The notes under the pieces: model-generated
What the model was told of the DNA's origin: nothing
Databases searched by the model: none
Seen by the model: the letters and a program-made list of their open reading frames with translations, nothing else
Translations under genes and position numbers: made by a program
Virus record (IMG/VR): IMGVR_UViG_3300025669_000020
Coordinates: 32,001-96,000 of that record
Origin: a virus
Direction: 5' to 3' (one strand)
DNA: 64,000 nt
In this document: positions 62,943 through 64,000 of the stretch, piece after piece
Position numbering within the stretch: the first letter of the stretch is position 1
Layout: the number at the start of each line of letters is the position of its first letter

Positions 62943-64000
62943 TGGGGTACAGCCCACCCGTAGGAGACATGGCTGGGGTTCAGACTTTCGTGAGCCCTGA
63001 GTCCCATGCTAACCTACCCTCCGGATGGGAGGGGGAGAAAAAGCAGGTTCTGCCTCCAGGGTCGGCTACCCCCAACACCCCCAACAAAGAATTCACCGAC
63101 AAGGACCATGGTAGGAGTCTCCCCCACCCTGAGTACCAAGGCCCCGCATCTGGTAGTGGCACCGTAGAGAAGAAGCCCATCAAGCCGGAACAGGGTGAGG
63201 AGTACGGAGTCCCGGAGAAGAACGACTATTATGTGCCCAAGCGTCGTTCCATGACAGCTGATGGGTATCAGGCCCGTCGTCCCTGGGAGCGCCAACGCAG
63301 GCAGCATGTGGATGAGCGCTTCGAGAGCAAACGGTACTACAAGCGGAACAAGAAGCGCATCCTGACCAAGGCCCGCGTGTACTACAAGAAACTGAAGCGG
63401 AATCCCATATACAAGAAACTGAAGGGGAAGCGACGGGACAACCCCGCCAAGTACAAGCGGCGGAAGCTCTCGATGGAGATCCCCTTCGTAACGGGACCCT
63501 CTCTCCATGAGGGCGTGTTCCTGGGTGTCTCTCCGCTGGGTGCCCACTACAGGGTGGGAGACACCACTGAGCAGTATGCCTCTGTGGATGTCTTTCTGGA
63601 CAGCGTTGTGTTCCATTCCGATGAGGACATCCTGCGTGTGGCCCACATCCTTGCCCCGATGCCCTGTGAGGGTCAGGTTCGGGTGGCGGGGTTGACCCTC
63701 AATGATGAGTGGCTCCTCGATGAGAGGGAGGAAGCGGACAAGGAAGGCATCGGCAAGTACACGCCGCTGTCCCCTGGTAAGAGGCGTCGTAAGCAGAAGG
63801 GCAAGAAGCGCGTCACGCGGAAACGGCAGTACAAGAAGAACCGGCAGAAGGAACGTGTCCGGGCCAAGCTCTACTACAAGAAACGCAAGCACAGCCAACG
63901 CTTCAAGCGGCAGCAGACACGGCGTAGGTCACAACCCAGCCGGTACAAGCTCCGTCGTGGAACCCAGATGACAACTCCCGACATCGCATTTGTATGGGGA
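62942..64000 (+). CDS. late protein with repeated K/R/Y-rich blocks (3'-truncated; absent from the ORF track)
   Basis: ATG overlaps the previous TGA; frame open to the window end (MGYSPPVGDMAG...PDIAFVWG). Confidence 0.75.
   Translation, partial: MGYSPPVGDMAGVQTFVSPESHANLPSGWEGEKKQVLPPGSATPNTPNKEFTDKDHGRSLPHPEYQGPASGSGTVEKKPIKPEQGEEYGVPEKNDYYVPKRRSMTADGYQARRPWERQRRQHVDERFESKRYYKRNKKRILTKARVYYKKLKRNPIYKKLKGKRRDNPAKYKRRKLSMEIPFVTGPSLHEGVFLGVSPLGAHYRVGDTTEQYASVDVFLDSVVFHSDEDILRVAHILAPMPCEGQVRVAGLTLNDEWLLDEREEADKEGIGKYTPLSPGKRRRKQKGKKRVTRKRQYKKNRQKERVRAKLYYKKRKHSQRFKRQQTRRRSQPSRYKLRRGTQMTTPDIAFVWG

Noticed and set aside
1-64000. Alternative genetic code or stop-codon reassignment
   Set aside because: Conserved genes are intact under code 11, and TAG, TGA and TAA all terminate genes at expected ends

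Overview
This window looks like part of a large, GC-rich, tailed dsDNA (jumbo-type) bacteriophage genome using the standard genetic code. Positions 1-17.4 kb form a replication, recombination and transcription cluster: RecD2-like helicase, SSB, RuvC, RecA, split SbcC/Rad50 plus SbcD/Mre11, DNA methyltransferase, PD-(D/E)XK nuclease, beta-clamp, TOPRIM primase, DnaX, a NusG-like protein and a double sigma-region-4 protein. Positions 17.4-53 kb are a late/virion region with terminase, portal, prohead protease, scaffold, decoration and major capsid genes. It is interleaved with several large multi-enzyme 'polyvalent' proteins (zincin peptidases, GNATs, Ntn hydrolase, topoisomerase IB, 2H phosphoesterase) and an intein-containing tRNA nucleotidyltransferase. 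Positions 53-64 kb hold a truncated LAGLIDADG gene, an IS607 (tnpA/tnpB) cassette, a ~640-nt densely structured non-coding segment and further early and late genes. Most notable: (i) a recurrent [RK]VAxR[FWH]L / [KR]xA peptide signal at domain boundaries of late enzymes, suggesting capsid-targeted, protease-released effector polyproteins; (ii) a candidate large structured ncRNA; (iii) stand-alone partial paralogs of the major capsid protein and the portal; (iv) a conserved late-promoter motif with -24/-12-like geometry. All assignments come from motif recognition by eye; no database searches were run. No tRNA, rRNA or CRISPR array was recognised.
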